Source of the DNA: Trichosphaerium sp. ATCC 40318
Taxonomy: Eukaryota; Protista; Tubulinea
DNA: 64,000 bases
Direction of reading: 5' to 3'
Assembly (NCBI GenBank): GCA_038496445.1
Contig: JALMLS010000076.1
Span: 62,001-126,000 of the forward strand
Position numbers and translations under genes: made by a program. Shown piece by piece: positions 47,364 to 61,465 of the stretch. A model generated the notes under the pieces. The model worked only from the letters and a program-made list of their open reading frames with translations, was not told the DNA's origin and made no database searches. Every line of letters starts with the position of its first letter. Within the stretch, counting starts at the first letter, position 1.

Positions 47364-49116
47364 TCAAGTTGGTCTTTGAGTCTTATTGCTCAATTGATTA
47401 ATTGATACGGTAGGTGGTGTAGGTACCTACAAACTATGATTAATAATAAGGATACAAATAATTGTATTTAAGGTTCGTTTACGTACTGTATCGTCAAATA
47501 CTAGACCTTCACTAAACTGACCTCTTATCCGTGGTACAGCAGGAGCCAAAGGTGGCATACCATTAGCAGCATTCGCTCTAACAGTTTGTTGTGGTTGTAC
47601 ATTAATTGTTGACGTTTGTTGTCCTGGTAAAACCAAGAAATTAAGTTGTCCGTTAAGAGCATTTTGAAGGGGATGCTGTGGTTGTTGTTGTGATAAAACT
47701 TGTTGAAGAGGGTGCTGTTGTTGAGGTTGTTGCCGAATTGTTTGTGCAGGAGTTTGGAATTGTTGCATATTCTGTATTGTACCCTGACTACCAAGAGTGT
47801 TTCTATGCAGGTTCTGGTACTGAGCTGGTGGCATGAAGAAATTTTGCATCTCTATTTATAAATAAATAAAACCAATGAAGTCCCAAAGCGAACAAAAATA
47901 AAAGAAGGCCATTTATTTGAGCGAAAAGTTTCGTTTTTGACAGACTTTTTTCACAAAATGTCAATAAACCCAGATTTATTTGTTACCAGTAACGTACGTT
48001 GATTTTCAGCCAAAACAGCTGCATTTAGAGCCTCCAGAGGTGTGTGTGATGAGTTCACGTTCCCTTGGCGGTACACCTTAACAAATAAAAGTAAGAATAA
48101 CTTATAATGAAAAATAACAAAAAGCAGTACTAGTACCACAGCGTTTTGGCTTGTTTCTGTTGTATCATTATTATCCTTGTGGTACATATCCCATAAATAA
48201 GATGGTACATATTTGACATCTTTATGTTTGCTCTGTACGTGATATTTAAGAGCACCTTCTGTACCATACGCTATGCCATAAGCAGTTAGAGACGAGTAAC
48301 GGTTTTTAATCCCAGAATACCTTTTTTGCAAGCTGGCACGCGGCATTCAAATGGTCTAGGCACGTCGTTGAATTTCCGCCTGGTCCTCTTTCGCGATGGC
48401 CTTGGGAGAGTGTAAAAACGCGTATATTATAATTTTTTTGTAAGTTGGCATTTACATACTTGTGAGCCTTTTTATCTTCGTCTCTTGGTCTGTCTTTAAC
48501 GTTTTTAAGAACACCAAGCCAAGCTTCAACGTCAATAGGGCTTTTGTTCAATGTTAAAGCAATTGATTGTATAGAGTGCTACAAACATCAACGAACGCTT
48601 CAACATAACGACATCGATAGCATACCTCCGCAACGAGCATAGTCATCATTTTCTCGCATGCTTCTACTGTCCAACGCCCACCAATAGGTCCGTACGTATT
48701 TGCCCATCCAAGTGATTCGGTTGGAGCCACTAACAAAATGCGTGAGTCAAAAAAGTGACGTCAAAAGTAAAATTGAGATATTAATTTTATCAACTTTACC
48801 AGCACCCTTAGCAAGCTAACATGAGCAAAAAGGGTGGCAATAAATGGAAGAAAGGTAGATCTGTTGCGGCAAACCAATTTTAAACAAATACGAGCGCGAA
48901 TAGCCAGATTAATTTCGACTCGTGAGATAGTATTAAAACAGGCTAAAACGTACGACTTGCGGTTGTTTCTTGTTGTGCATTTTCTGCACCTCCCAATTGG
49001 CTTCCTTGCGTTAGAGTACCACTAATAGACGCGTTAGAGGCGGAATGGCTCGGTGGGTTGTACACAGGCATAACAGGCGCACGTGTAGCACTCTTATCAG
49101 TGGTATACGGCAGCAT
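47364..49116 (-). CDS. C2H2 zinc-finger protein with Q-rich region, probable transcription factor
   Basis: Spliced C..C..KKAYGTEGALKYHVQSKH, followed by Q/P/N-rich C-terminal exons. Confidence 0.6.
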
Positions 49117-49196
49117 ATCGCCAAACGAGCACCTTATGGCTTTACAAGTACGAACATTAATTTGTAAGGTCAACTTGTGTCAATTAGCTTAATGGC

Positions 49197-51304
49197 ATGG
49201 TAGTAATTCGTAGATCCATTTGTTGGTATGTAGAAGACGAGAAAGAGAATCACAAACGATATTTTGCAACAACTCTCTCAGCAAAGCTTTCTGTTCGCTC
49301 CAAAGATGATTGGTACAACGTTGACCCACAAATGGCAATGGATATAGACGAACGAAACATTATAAAACGGAGGTACGGCTGTCAGAGGTGGCGTTCAATG
49401 AAAACTTGGTTTTATTTTTAACGTTGTTTGTTTACATTTTACAGACATAATGGATCTCTGTACCTAGCACTAAAGAGAATATTTCCAGAGGATGTATGGC
49501 GAAAGCATGAATTGCACGTGCATCCAGACGATTTTGAATATAGAGATAATGTACAAAGAAAACTAGATAGAATTGCTGAACACCACGGAGTACATCTTTT
49601 AAACGACCTGCAATATATCAGTACGGGAGACTATATTGAACATGGTTGCTATTATATACTAAAACGGTAAAGTACAATCGATACACAACACGTGATAAGC
49701 AAAAAAACTTACTTTTTTTTTGTTAAAATCAGACATAATCATTCAAAGATGGATGCTTTAGTAGACGCATTTCCGAATCACTTATGGGATACCACAGAGA
49801 GGAAAATTTTATCCACGCCTGTATTTAAGCCATTAAACAAACTTGCTGTTGATATTGATATGGCACAACATTTTGGTGTAAAAATAATGGAGGATTGGTA
49901 CAAAGTAGCACAAACAGACGCAATACGGTATAGACAAAGAGCTGGTGCTCCACCTCTTCCGTACGTATTATCCATGCAAAACTAAATAGATCATGGCATG
50001 TTTAGGTTTATAGCTATGAGGGATTTATTAAAGAACACATATCCTGATATGAAATGGGATGACACATTTTTTGAGTAAGTCAATTGTAACATAAACCTTT
50101 CTTACTGCTTCCTAGAAACGCACCGTGGTCTGCTTGGGCGGATAAGAATAATCAAAGGCGCAGATTTGAAGTACTTGCTGAAAGAGAAAATGTCAAGACG
50201 CTGGATGATTGGTATGTATTAAAAAAGGGTAAAGTTTATGGAGACGTTGCAGGGTTGCTAAATAGGTACTTGCCACATGATTAATGGTTTATTCAGTTAC
50301 CTTATTGTTTATCAGATACCGCGGCAATATCATGAAGGCTTTGGCAGGTATTTACCCTGAACACAACTTCAAATATAGGTATTACATCTATTACTGTAGT
50401 TTACTGAAAAGTATTTTAGAGATAACATACCTGCTTCTTATTGGCAAAAACAGAAGAATCAACTAAAATTCTTGGCTAAAATTTCAAAAAAAATGGTTGT
50501 AACAGACCCAAATTCATGGTACTGTTACACAATGGTGTTCTTTAAGCCAAAAAACATATTGTTATTGACTATGGCTCCTTAGGTTCCGCGTAGGTATCGA
50601 ATCTATGTCTAGTTTCGGTGGTAATGGATTCTTGCGAGCTCTTGATTTACAAGACAGTTTACATAAGCTTCATCCATATTTTGAGTTTAAAGGTAAACAA
50701 GGTCCTGATTACTCAAAGAAATCGAAACAAAGGTAACAGATATCTATCTCAAACCGTTTGAATCTTATGTTACTGTAAAGGTGGTTATTTAAATGCGTGC
50801 AACTACTGTTCCCTGGACAGCAGGTTGAAGAAGAACACAGCATTGATTCAAACGTTGCAAGTGGTGTAATCCTCGTTGTAGATATTTTTGTACCAAAGTA
50901 TAACCTTGTTGTGGAATACCAAGGTACATACTTGACAACGGATTTGTTATCTTACAATAATAGGCGAGCAGCACTATTCAGATCGCATTATACCATTTGC
51001 GCCAACACGCATTTTCTCATCACGTGATATTGAAAAATCACAGCAATTCGCTGATCAGGGTACCTCAGTGATCTCCATTTTTGCTCTTGTGTTTACTTAT
51101 GGTTAAGGGTTACAACTATTACTGATACCATACTGGTGGGACTCTTCTGTGGAGTCTTTAGCAGCAACTATAAAACACTATGTACCAGGCGCAGAGCTTA
51201 ACCCAATGATACCTACAAATGGTCACGTGTTACACGCAGAGCGTGTGAGTGAAGAAGACCAACGATTATATCAGCCCACAATGGCATTGATGTCACCTGT
51301 ATAG
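49197..51304 (+). CDS. DWY helical-repeat protein with C-terminal RAP/DUF559-like (PD-(D/E)XK-type) domain
   Basis: Repeats W....NQR..F..LA....V..LDDWY.....G..GLL.RY.G.+.KAL..+YPE. The end reads VDIFVPKYNLVVEYQGEQHY..RDIEK..LLIPYWWD. Confidence 0.8.
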
Positions 51305-51605
51305 TGTCCGAAAAGGATACATTAAAGTGTGTACTATAACGTTTAAATAGTCCGCTTTTAATCCAATGGTTCTGTATATTAAAAAAAAACAGTAGAGAAC
51401 GTCTCTTCGCCTTTTCTCGATAATTAAAGAAAGCGGCGCTTGCTTATCGAAGAATTCAAGGGTTTGAATACCCATTCGTTAACCCAAGTGAACGAACCAT
51501 GTATTACAGTGCGCGATGAGATTTAAAATGTTTTTTGTGACCAAACCTCAAATGACTTTTTCTGAACTTGAAATTTCAATAGTCATTAAACGCATATAAG
51601 GCCGC

Positions 51606-53667
51606 ATGTCGAGCCATAAGATTGATGACGCCACACGAGAAACACTTCTTCATGATCTTACAGCAATATTTCCTTCCGTAGTACGTATATGAGTACACTA
51701 ATCACCAATAAAGCGTCTGTTGATAATTTTTTTGATTTTTTTTTTTGCTAATCTTTTAATTAAAAGGGCGTATCACAGTGCCATCGTGTGCTTAAAGGTA
51801 TGTATCACGTGTTTTCGATATTTCACTCACGTGCAAAGAGAACGATTACGATTTTGTTAAAACTGTCGAAGTAATATTAAAAGCAACAAAGGATGAGAAA
51901 ATGGTGCGTCTCGATGCCAGTTTTATTTTTTTTTCTTTTTCCCTTTTTTTTTTCATTAATCGTAAAATTCTGTATTATCTTTTGTTTACTCCATTGCTCC
52001 GTGTCGTAGTACCGCTTGATACGGAGCCGGAGTTGTACTATCTTGAACGTGTTGAACAGAGCGTTCTAAAACCCATGTGATAGGAACGACGTAGAGCACG
52101 ACCAGCATCTGTAAATCTAGGGCGTTCACGTGTAAAGAAAAGACCAAGTAGAAACAGTGGGCAAAACCAAACGGGTTATTTTCAAAGGTCGTGTCCAGAA
52201 GTTAGGTACTACTTTATTTTTTTTCACACTTTTTGATAAAACGCAAAACCCACACGTTAAATAAAGAGAGCATATGCGTTATGTCCTCCTCTACTATTCT
52301 ATTGAAAATCACGTTTTTTTAAATAAGTAGTAGGTTGTCGAAACCCTCTGGTGCTGATAGAAAGATAACACGAACAGTAACAGAGCCAGTGTAAGTAAAA
52401 TTAGTAGTATTTTGTTCAAAATGAAATTCAACAAAAAAAAAAGAAAAATATAAGCTCCCACATGTCCTGTTCTTAAATTTATTTAGTATTATGAACGATA
52501 GAAATGCACGCAGGTCGCCAAAACCAAGTACGGCAAAATCACGTTTTTTGGGTGGTATCACAGGCGCCTAAAAATAAATAATTGCAAAAAAAACTTAAAA
52601 ATATATATCACCTCTCATTTATCTTTAGAGCGAAAAGCGCATCGGAGAGCAGGCTCAGCGCCTTCACCACAATCCACACCTCACAAGAAATCATCTACAT
52701 CAAAGAATAGAAGAGGTTCTGAACGTAGACTCCGTAAAAGAAGTAACACTCGCGTTGGAAAATTATTCAGGTTCAAATCAGCTTCGAAAACTCCTTCGGT
52801 ACCTTATCCTTGTTTTTTTTTTCGTCAATCACGTGATATAACTTGACACATTTAATTTGTTTTGAAATTACAGAAATTCGGCACTAAATATGAGACTATT
52901 GTCGACTACTACAAAACAAATGGAAACGATCAACTTATGCCAACTTTTTTACATATTGCTATCAACTACATTGAAACGCACGGTATGGTTTACTATTTTT
53001 TTCCGCACGTGGAGCGTGACATTATTTCAGGTGTATACTTCGAGGGTATATTCAGAGTAAGCCCTCCACAGAGAGTACTAAATAATCTTAGAACGACAAT
53101 AGAACAAGGAAAGGTACGCAGACTAATGGATTTTAATTGTAATACTTAATATTAATGGTTCCTAGCCAATAGCTTTCGGTGATGAAGAAGTAGACGCACA
53201 TGCGGTTTCAGGACTTATAAAATTATTTTTAAGAGAGCTACCAGAACCTCTAGGCACATTTGCCCTTTTTGAGGAGTTCACAAAAGCAACGAGTACAAAA
53301 CCAATAATTTTTATTGTGCCTAACCTTATACAACTCTAGAGATGAAGGAAAATATTGATGGCCATTTGAGAGACCTTGTAGAGCAATTGTCACCACCAAG
53401 GAAAATACTATTCGAAAGATTGATACTCATGGCTAAGTGTGTTGCTGAAAATTCGAGCTACAACAAGATGTCTATTAGCAACTTGGCAACTGTTTTAGCG
53501 CCAAATGTTTTGTACAGAAAAGAATCTGACCCGCTGGTACCACTCCAACTCAATTACACGTGATATTTGTACCTTACTATTTTTTTAAGGCTATCGTTTC
53601 CGATGCCCACAAAGCCGCACAAACCTTTGTACTTCTCACAGAAAATTTCTACACTGTATTTTGTTGA
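51606..53667 (+). CDS. RhoGAP with N-terminal CUE-like domain
   Basis: EGIFRVS (Arg finger), AVSGLIKLFLRELPEPL, NKMSISNLATVLAPNVL. N-terminus LTAIFPSV..HRVLKENDYDFVKTVEVIL. Confidence 0.85.
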
Positions 53668-54130
53668 AACCCTTTCAACCCTTTTTTTTGTACAAACAGA
53701 AATGAACCGGTGAGATATTTTAAAGCCAGCATCTTGTTCCATTAACGAAGTACTGTAAACAAGCACCACACATGCTTTGCTAGTGGTTTTTGGAAACTGA
53801 CACGTGATAGCGGGCTTCTAATAACTTTTGTAGAATCAACGGGTTTTTGTAAGAAAATACAAACTCTTTATTTTACCACATTATCTCAAGGTGAAATTTT
53901 GAAAACCTCCAAATAAATCATACATTAATTGTACCTACCACCTTTACTGAATTTAATTATTGGTACTACAATGGCCTATTGTGGTGTGTACAAATCATAT
54001 GCAAACTGATAGAATACCTGAAGGTAGCTTGCAATTATGTGAGGCTAAGTAGCCAAAATCACAAGTAATTTGAGTGAGAACATTCGCAGATTACAAAAGG
54101 GTTGTTTTAATTGCTTCAAAATTGACCTAT

Positions 54131-56391
54131 TTACATTTTATGTGCCAGCACTTGTGTTTGTTGTGGACCCATAAAGGCAACATCTGCTGAAAAGTTAAAA
54201 TTTTATAGCAGTAATCTGTTCGTACTTGTTGTATGTGGTGGTGTATTTATAAGTGGTGTAGAAGTTGTAAGTGGAAAATAAGATCTTAAATCTGGCTTAT
54301 AGAATAATATTGTCGAAATGAGAGATTGAACGTCGCCAGTCTTCCACCAATACGGAACAGGAACCAGGCAGATTCCTGTTAAAAAGTAATCAAAATGATG
54401 TTAGATTTACCAACAAAGTACTAACCTGCATCGTTGCACTGTTGCAGTTTTTCATGATCTAATACTGCCTGAACAGATGGATATTGCCAGTTAAACCCAA
54501 AATCGTGATAGTGTTGCTCACCTAGTAAAGTAGGTTATAGAGTTTTTTTTTCTATAAGTTTGTACCTTGGTACTCGAACGCAATGCCCATTTGAGGTACA
54601 TAGATATCAACTACAAGGTTTTCTAGACTATAGTGCCTAATACCGATAATATGCTCCTCAATGACATCCATAGAAGGAAAGATTTGTTTAACACAAACCA
54701 TCAGTATTCTAGAAATATGTCAACAAAAAAGTCACAAGACTTACACTTACCTCTGCTGTGCTGCCTTACTTTTAAGATTAAACTTTGACCAATCCCAGGT
54801 AAAGCTATTATCAACAGTAGAAAGAACTTGTGGCCAATACTTTCTTAATCCTTTACCTCCAATTTCTTTTATTTGTTGAAACGAAACTCTATACCTTACA
54901 AACATTATTTTTATTGACAAAAAAAAAAGAAAAAATTAAGAAATCACTAGCAAGAAAAGTAAGAGAGACGTACCACATGGAAGAGTCTGTAACATGTAAG
55001 TTCCGTTTAACTTTCGATAAGAAATTATGTTGGTTTTCTTTTTGATCCCAGAAAGATACATTCCAATGAAATCGAGAATCATCCCATTCATACTCATTGT
55101 AAACAGCTTTTAGTGTTCTTCTGAGAGAACCGCCATACCTAAACAGTGGCATGTTAATGAATGCATGTGGTATATAAATACTACCTCCTTAATATAGCAC
55201 TAGCTACCTTCTCTGCCGAGCGGAGTTTAACACTGTACCAATCTTCTATTGTCTTGATACGCAGTTCTCTTTCATAAGCTCTAAAAAATATACGTTCGTT
55301 GCCAATGTCCTTCAGCACGTGTGCGGGACGCCTGCGATTTTTATTAGAGCTACAATACGCATTTATAATACTTGATGCATACTTGAATTTAGAAGCGTCC
55401 CATTGAAAATTTGTGTGGAGAGTCATAACACAACTGCTCAAGCTTTTGTAATTTTTCCTGCAGCGTTGTAAGTTGGGTTTAATCAAGAACACGTGAGCGT
55501 ACAGTAGGTCATATGCATCGTACTTTTCAACTTCCCGTGGATCTATGTTATACCACTCATATATTGTCTGCACTCCTAGAATCTTAGCAAGTGCGTCTAG
55601 CTCAGAACGTTGTTCTTCGAACGAACTTTCATTCTGCACGTATCTAGCATAAATTACTAGGTATTCTTGTATTCCTCTACCTTACTTGAATTTCCATGTA
55701 TTCCATGTATAATCAGAGTATATATGTGCCACTGCGTCATTCAATGTACTATAATAGTTTCTAGCAACACGTGTTAAATAGTAACGACATTAGAAAAAAG
55801 TTACATTATATTTCTAATTGCATCAGATGTTTTTGACAGTCTCATGGCATGAATTACATCATCTCCACCGAATTCATACCATCCACTCAGTTCTTTAATG
55901 CTTAATTTCTTAGAGACCTTATTAAAAAGTAACCTCTGAACGCTTTCTTGCATCCAATAATTTTTAGGTGAACGCCTGTAAAAAAATTTACTTTTTTGGT
56001 AATTTCAGATTGTTGCTTGCCTGAAGGACCACGGCCTCCAGTGATGACTTTTATATACATCACTAAGACACCGCGCCAAATCACCATTGTAGTGCGTCCT
56101 GTAAGGAGGTTAAAATATCGCGAGGCTTATGCTACGTACAGTAAACCACGTGCTCCAGTTTGGTGAATTGAGCGGTTGTCAATAGCGTACCAATCGTCAA
56201 GACTCTTTATATTCAAGGACTGGCCAACGTTATCAACAACACGCTCTCTATGATATGAATTGCGCCATTTGGACGAATTTCGGTTACTGGTGATCTGTTA
56301 GCTGAAATACGCCACTGAAATTGCTGTACGTTTCGTAGTAGCCCGAAAAAGCTGGATAGCTCGTTTGTAGAGTTTTATGAACTGCAGCCAT
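54131..56391 (-). CDS. Second DWY helical-repeat protein with RAP/DUF559-like C-terminus (5' end uncertain)
   Basis: LNIKSLDDWY, IKTIEDWYSV, YGGSLRRTLKAVYNEYEWD, FWDQKENQHNFL. The end reads VDIYVPQMGIAFEYQGEQHY..HEKLQQC..VPYWW. Confidence 0.8.
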
Positions 56392-56628
56392 CTCTTTACG
56401 CTTGCAATGCCACAAAAATACTTCCTTTTGCGTACACACTAGCTTTGTAGCTTTTACTTAGATTGTTGTCAACAAATAAATTAAGGCTGTGCATTCGCGT
56501 TACGGTACCATATATTATACATATGACATATAGACACGCGTAACACTGCGCTAAATCTCGAAAAACAATCAGTTTTACAATCAGTTAAGCGCAGTGAGCC
56601 AAACCACTTACTGGCACAGCAACGAGTG

Positions 56629-58143
56629 ATGGACGCCGATTTAGAGAAAGAATTAGCCGCTTTGAATAGCTTTGCGTCAATGTCGTTTGGTGTTAACACA
56701 AATACGCCAAAATCAGGTAACAGCATACCATACAAGCTAAAAACGTCAAGATTGCTGAGAATTTTTAGACTGTAATAATGCTTCGCTCGGTGACGCTCTA
56801 GCCGCTTTAGATGACGAAGTGAGAGTGTCCTCAACGAACGAACTAGACATTTCAATAGATTTAGGCGATCTTGAAGTAAATTGCTGCAAATATAAAATTA
56901 AACAGCCATAACGTACCGTTAGGACTTGCAAATTGACGAAATTGATCTTGACTTGGAACCAGAGGAAAACAGGGCAACATCCCCAACGGCAACACGAATA
57001 CATTACGAACAGGAAGATCGTGAGGCCCTAAAGCGAAGACAAATGCAGGTAGGCACTATTAGATACTCTACAAAAACGGTTCAAAATACCTAAGTCAGTG
57101 AACTAGGAAGAGCGTGCTAGGCAGTTACAAGCAAGTATCGCGGCGCAAGAGGAGCAGGAGAGACAAGCACAGTTCGAAAGACAACGGTACGGATGACAAA
57201 ACAAAGAAAAAACACTTCTCCCTTGTTCTTACTTCTATCAGCATAGCCTTTGAACGAGAGCGTCTATTGAAGCAAGTACAAGATGAAAGAGACGTACGCA
57301 AAGGAGAACAAACGTTGTATAAGCTCACACAAGCACATGATTAGGCTGAAGATAACAGAAAAAAAGAGGAAGAAGAGAGACTTGCTGGAATTGAACTTAA
57401 GAAACGCTTAGCTCAGTTAGATGTTGTTAAACAAAAAATCCTTTTGTCTACACAACCTCAAGAACAACGTGCTGTAACAGGAGCTACACCTGTAAAACAC
57501 TTCCAAATGTTATCAGCACAAGAAAAAGAGAAAGAACGTCAAGAAACAAAAGACAGGATACTTAACCGAGCACGTGATCTCTCTGCTGGAAGACAAGAGA
57601 GACAAGAGAAGCGCGATGCAAACAAATTGGTATGTATTATGTCCATCAGTCATCGAACGTGATGCAGTAAACTAACTTTTGTTATTTCTTAGGATCAAAA
57701 ATTACAAAAACTTGTTGATTGGATAGCCACCATGTATGAATCTGAGCTTTCAAAAAAGCTATCAGATATTGTGGCATATGTGAATAATCTCACAGAATTT
57801 GATAGAACGCTTGTTCAAGTATTAAAGGATGGAAAAGAGGTGCGTAAAAACACAAAAAAGTCACTGTATTTTGTTAGGTTTTTTTTACCTTACTTTGTTG
57901 TAATAGGCTCTCACAACGCTTAATGTAACTATAAAAGCACAAAAGAAACCCCTTAAGCGTTCACCAGGAAGTCCATTAGAGCAATATAAAGAGCTCACTG
58001 GACAGCAATATGAACAGATTTCTGATTCTTTAAAACTCGCTTCTATAAAAGCAAAAGATTTAACTCAGGTCGATTTGATTAAAGTTGTAAAGTCTGTCAA
58101 GACTCTTAAACAACTTTTAGATACCTTAGATATTAAAAAATAA
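56629..58143 (+). CDS. Coiled-coil protein of unknown function
   Basis: Spliceable ORF MDADLEKELAAL with an acidic N-terminus, E/R/Q-rich coil and amphipathic helical C-terminus. Confidence 0.65.
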
Positions 58144-58260
58144 TCGAAATAAAGAAAAATCGTTACCGATTTGTACCAGTAAAGAACATTGTCTTCTTTT
58201 TCTTCAACGCAAAGATACACATTCTTGTACGTTGCAAGTTTTATTATTGAAAAAAAACAG

Positions 58261-61200
58261 CTAAGAAATGAGCTTCAAGTATCTAGCCATCCAATAAGGA
58301 AGAAGCCAGGGACTGGCATCATAATTTGTGAAGCCATCACCTTCATCTACAATGACAGGTTAACAAAAATCAAACACGTGATTTAGTGTTAAAAAAACAT
58401 ACCAACAATAAATGGGTTACCATTCCAATAGAACATACTCCTCTCATCCCAAGGTAGTACATTTATACTTTGCTTTGATCCAAATCTATCAGCATCAGGA
58501 TTTAATCTAAATACGTTAGCATCTTCATAAAGAAAGTCATAAGATAATAATAATCTACCGTATGTCAAGTCTATGCGAGTTTTGAACTGGCCAATTTACT
58601 AGCTCGAGAGGCCATGTTTGCAATGTCCAAAGCATATCTTCAATGTATTTATTATCAATCTCAGCATTTGGATTCACTTTATTTAAAAAAGCTGCATAAA
58701 CAGCTATCCACAGTGCAGATTTACCAGGAGCGACAATATTAAATGTCCTATGGAAAAAATGAATAGAAAGTAGATCAAATCAAAAGTATTCACGTTTTGG
58801 AGTGTTGATTGTTAGTGTAACATAATCACAAAAAGGTAATATAAAGCTGTTTGGCTATAGCCAATTCTCCAGAAAGATCATGTCAAGTACGCTGAGGAAC
58901 GCACTTACTATATTTTTTTTTCAGAGTTATAAAAACTATCGAATTACCTGTTTATGCTTAATGCAGACTGCACTAGTAATTCAGGTGTTCCACTAAGTAT
59001 ATAGGTATAATAAGGCAGAAAACTGAGCTCATCATCGGAAAAGTTATCATCAGATGGCTGTGTTATCTTCAAATTAATAATATTAACAGCATATCCATAG
59101 TTGTCTGTTAGATTGAGGTAAGAATTGAGATAATATCGGTTTCCAGTAAGCTGCCATGCAACTAGCTCCCATGCCATAATTTGCATGGAATTAACGCCTC
59201 GTTCATCATAAAACTCCATATTTCCGTTCAACAAATCAGGAGACCACACACCCCTCACGTGATGGTAAATAGAGCTTTGAAAAAAGAAAAGATAACCAAC
59301 TTACCACGTTGTTCTTTTTCCAGTTACATCAAGAAGAACAAATCCATTTTCAGTAATGTACCTAACAATATTTTCTATTAGACCCAGAGAACGCAATGCT
59401 TCGCTCTCGGTAGATGCTACAAGTTTGTAGATGAGTGGATAAGCGAACATATGACCGCAGACTTCATCTGAACTTGTATCGCCTGGTACAGTTAAAAGGC
59501 AACTATTGTTTCTGTTATACCTTTCCAAACGTAGTCTGGGAATACTGTACTATTATGCCAGTGTCCGGATGTTGGAGCTTTAGAACCTTTCCATACACTT
59601 CTGGCCATCAATCCCTTATTTAGTAATAAATCACGTGACAAAAAACCTACTTAAAACCCACCACCTACCTCTATTCCTGTAACATGATTCAAAAATTCCA
59701 TACCGCCGAATGTTTCCATTGCTTCGTTCTTAGCCTCTTTATCGCCAGTAACAGCATACCTTAATATTTATTTAAAAACTAGAACTGCAAATTGTGTTCA
59801 CCTGAATGCTTGGCTAGCAACATAAATACTTGTCCACAATCCATCATTATCTGACGAACGCAATGTGTAATTTGATATATCACCAAACTTTGAAAGAGAA
59901 GCTTCTTCAACAAGACTATAGTCCCGAATAACATTACGTTTGTGTCCAGGCATAGACGCCTTCAACATATACATTAAAAAAAGCGAGTGATAAAAAGTTG
60001 CGACTCTTGAGAAGAATTGAGGTGTGAAGTAATAGTTGTTATATTGTAATTTATGCTGTACCTGATAAAAAGCTGCTTTCTTAGCAAGAGTCCACTCTTC
60101 ATAACAAATATGACTCAATCCATACGAAGTTGATACAAGCACACATTCTTCTCCTTTAGATGAAGTTGTAGCTGCTACATCCTATTCAGAAATTAAGCAA
60201 GGCTTCATAAAGGTCTAGGTTCAACGTAAATGACGTACAACGATGGCGTACTGGTTTTGAATACTTCCAAATTTTCCACCCGGAAGCCACCTCGGTCCAT
60301 AAAAGTACTTCCAATGCCTGCCAACTTTTGACGCTTCGAAGCTGTACCTCATTACACCACGTGCTGAACCAAACCATATACCGCTTTGAGAACCACCCAA
60401 AGAACTACAATGAGTTAATAAAGTATATTTGAAGCATCATTATAAGAACGAACGTTGAGGATGTGATACCGTTGGTTGGCAGCCCTTCTAGTCCGCCTAT
60501 ACGTTTGAATGAAAGGTTTGACGCTTGAACATTTATGCATATATCATTTCCTATCCATAGAGATCCATAAGCATCAAAAGAAAGTGAAGTTGGTGCGCCA
60601 TCAATGATACCAGGCACTCGGAAAAAATGCCACCTTCGAAACATGATTAGACTTGGACGCGAACTCTAAAACGTGTACTGATTGTTAACAACTCTCCAAA
60701 GCATATCTGTTGTCCCAATCGCAATATCAGTATCAGAGGAAGTCATAGCAGATACATCCCCAGTTATATCAGGAATACGAGACGCTTGACCATCTCCATC
60801 AATAATCCAAACACCGTCAGTTGTGCCAATATAAACGCTGCCAGAGAAGTATGTCAAAGCATTTACTCCTGGGAAATTTAAGTCTTTCGTTATCTTGCAC
60901 GTGTATTTCTGACTAAAGAAAGTTAAAAAGCCCATGGAAGGCAAAGAAATACGTACTTTGAGGCTACCGAGCACCGACAAAAACTTGAAGGATTGACTAC
61001 AAACAGAGTTTCGCCTGGTGTTGTCCTGTCCGTTCCTATCATCGTCTTTGAAGATACCTCGCATGGAACCTCGAGAGTTGTGACTTTGTGAGCTTCAGCG
61101 TCGAATAAATGAAGTCTTTTTTCTGTACGAAGAATATAACTAGCACGTGATTTATTTGCAGGTATTATCTTGGAGAGAAAAGTTAACCATTTCGAAAGAA

Positions 61201-61380
61201 AAATTATATGTTGTTTTCGCGAACCTGAAGCGCCGCATCAACGTCTACATGCTTCCAATTAGCCAATAAAGGATTACCTTTGTAAATAAAACGCGTTGCT
61301 CTTGGCTGCCAGAAAGTGCGATCTGGCACGCACTGAGAAATCGCAATAAAGCCTAACACTAAATACAACGTGATGCGCAT
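58261..61380 (-). CDS. Secreted protein: beta-propeller-like repeats plus helical-barrel-like domain, uncharacterised bacterial-like family
   Basis: Signal MRITLYLVLGFIAISQC; blades VYIGTTDGVW, LWIGND, GLPTNGIT; SDNDGLWTSIY, WKGDTSSDE, GKRTTWGVW, NFSDDEL, WLLPYWMARY. Confidence 0.75.
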
Positions 61381-61465
61381 ATCAGCAAAAGCTAAGAAAC
61401 GCGAAAGTAAGCGACCGATTCTGAAAAGGCTAACAATTTATTGTCAGTGCACAGTGTAGAGCGTT

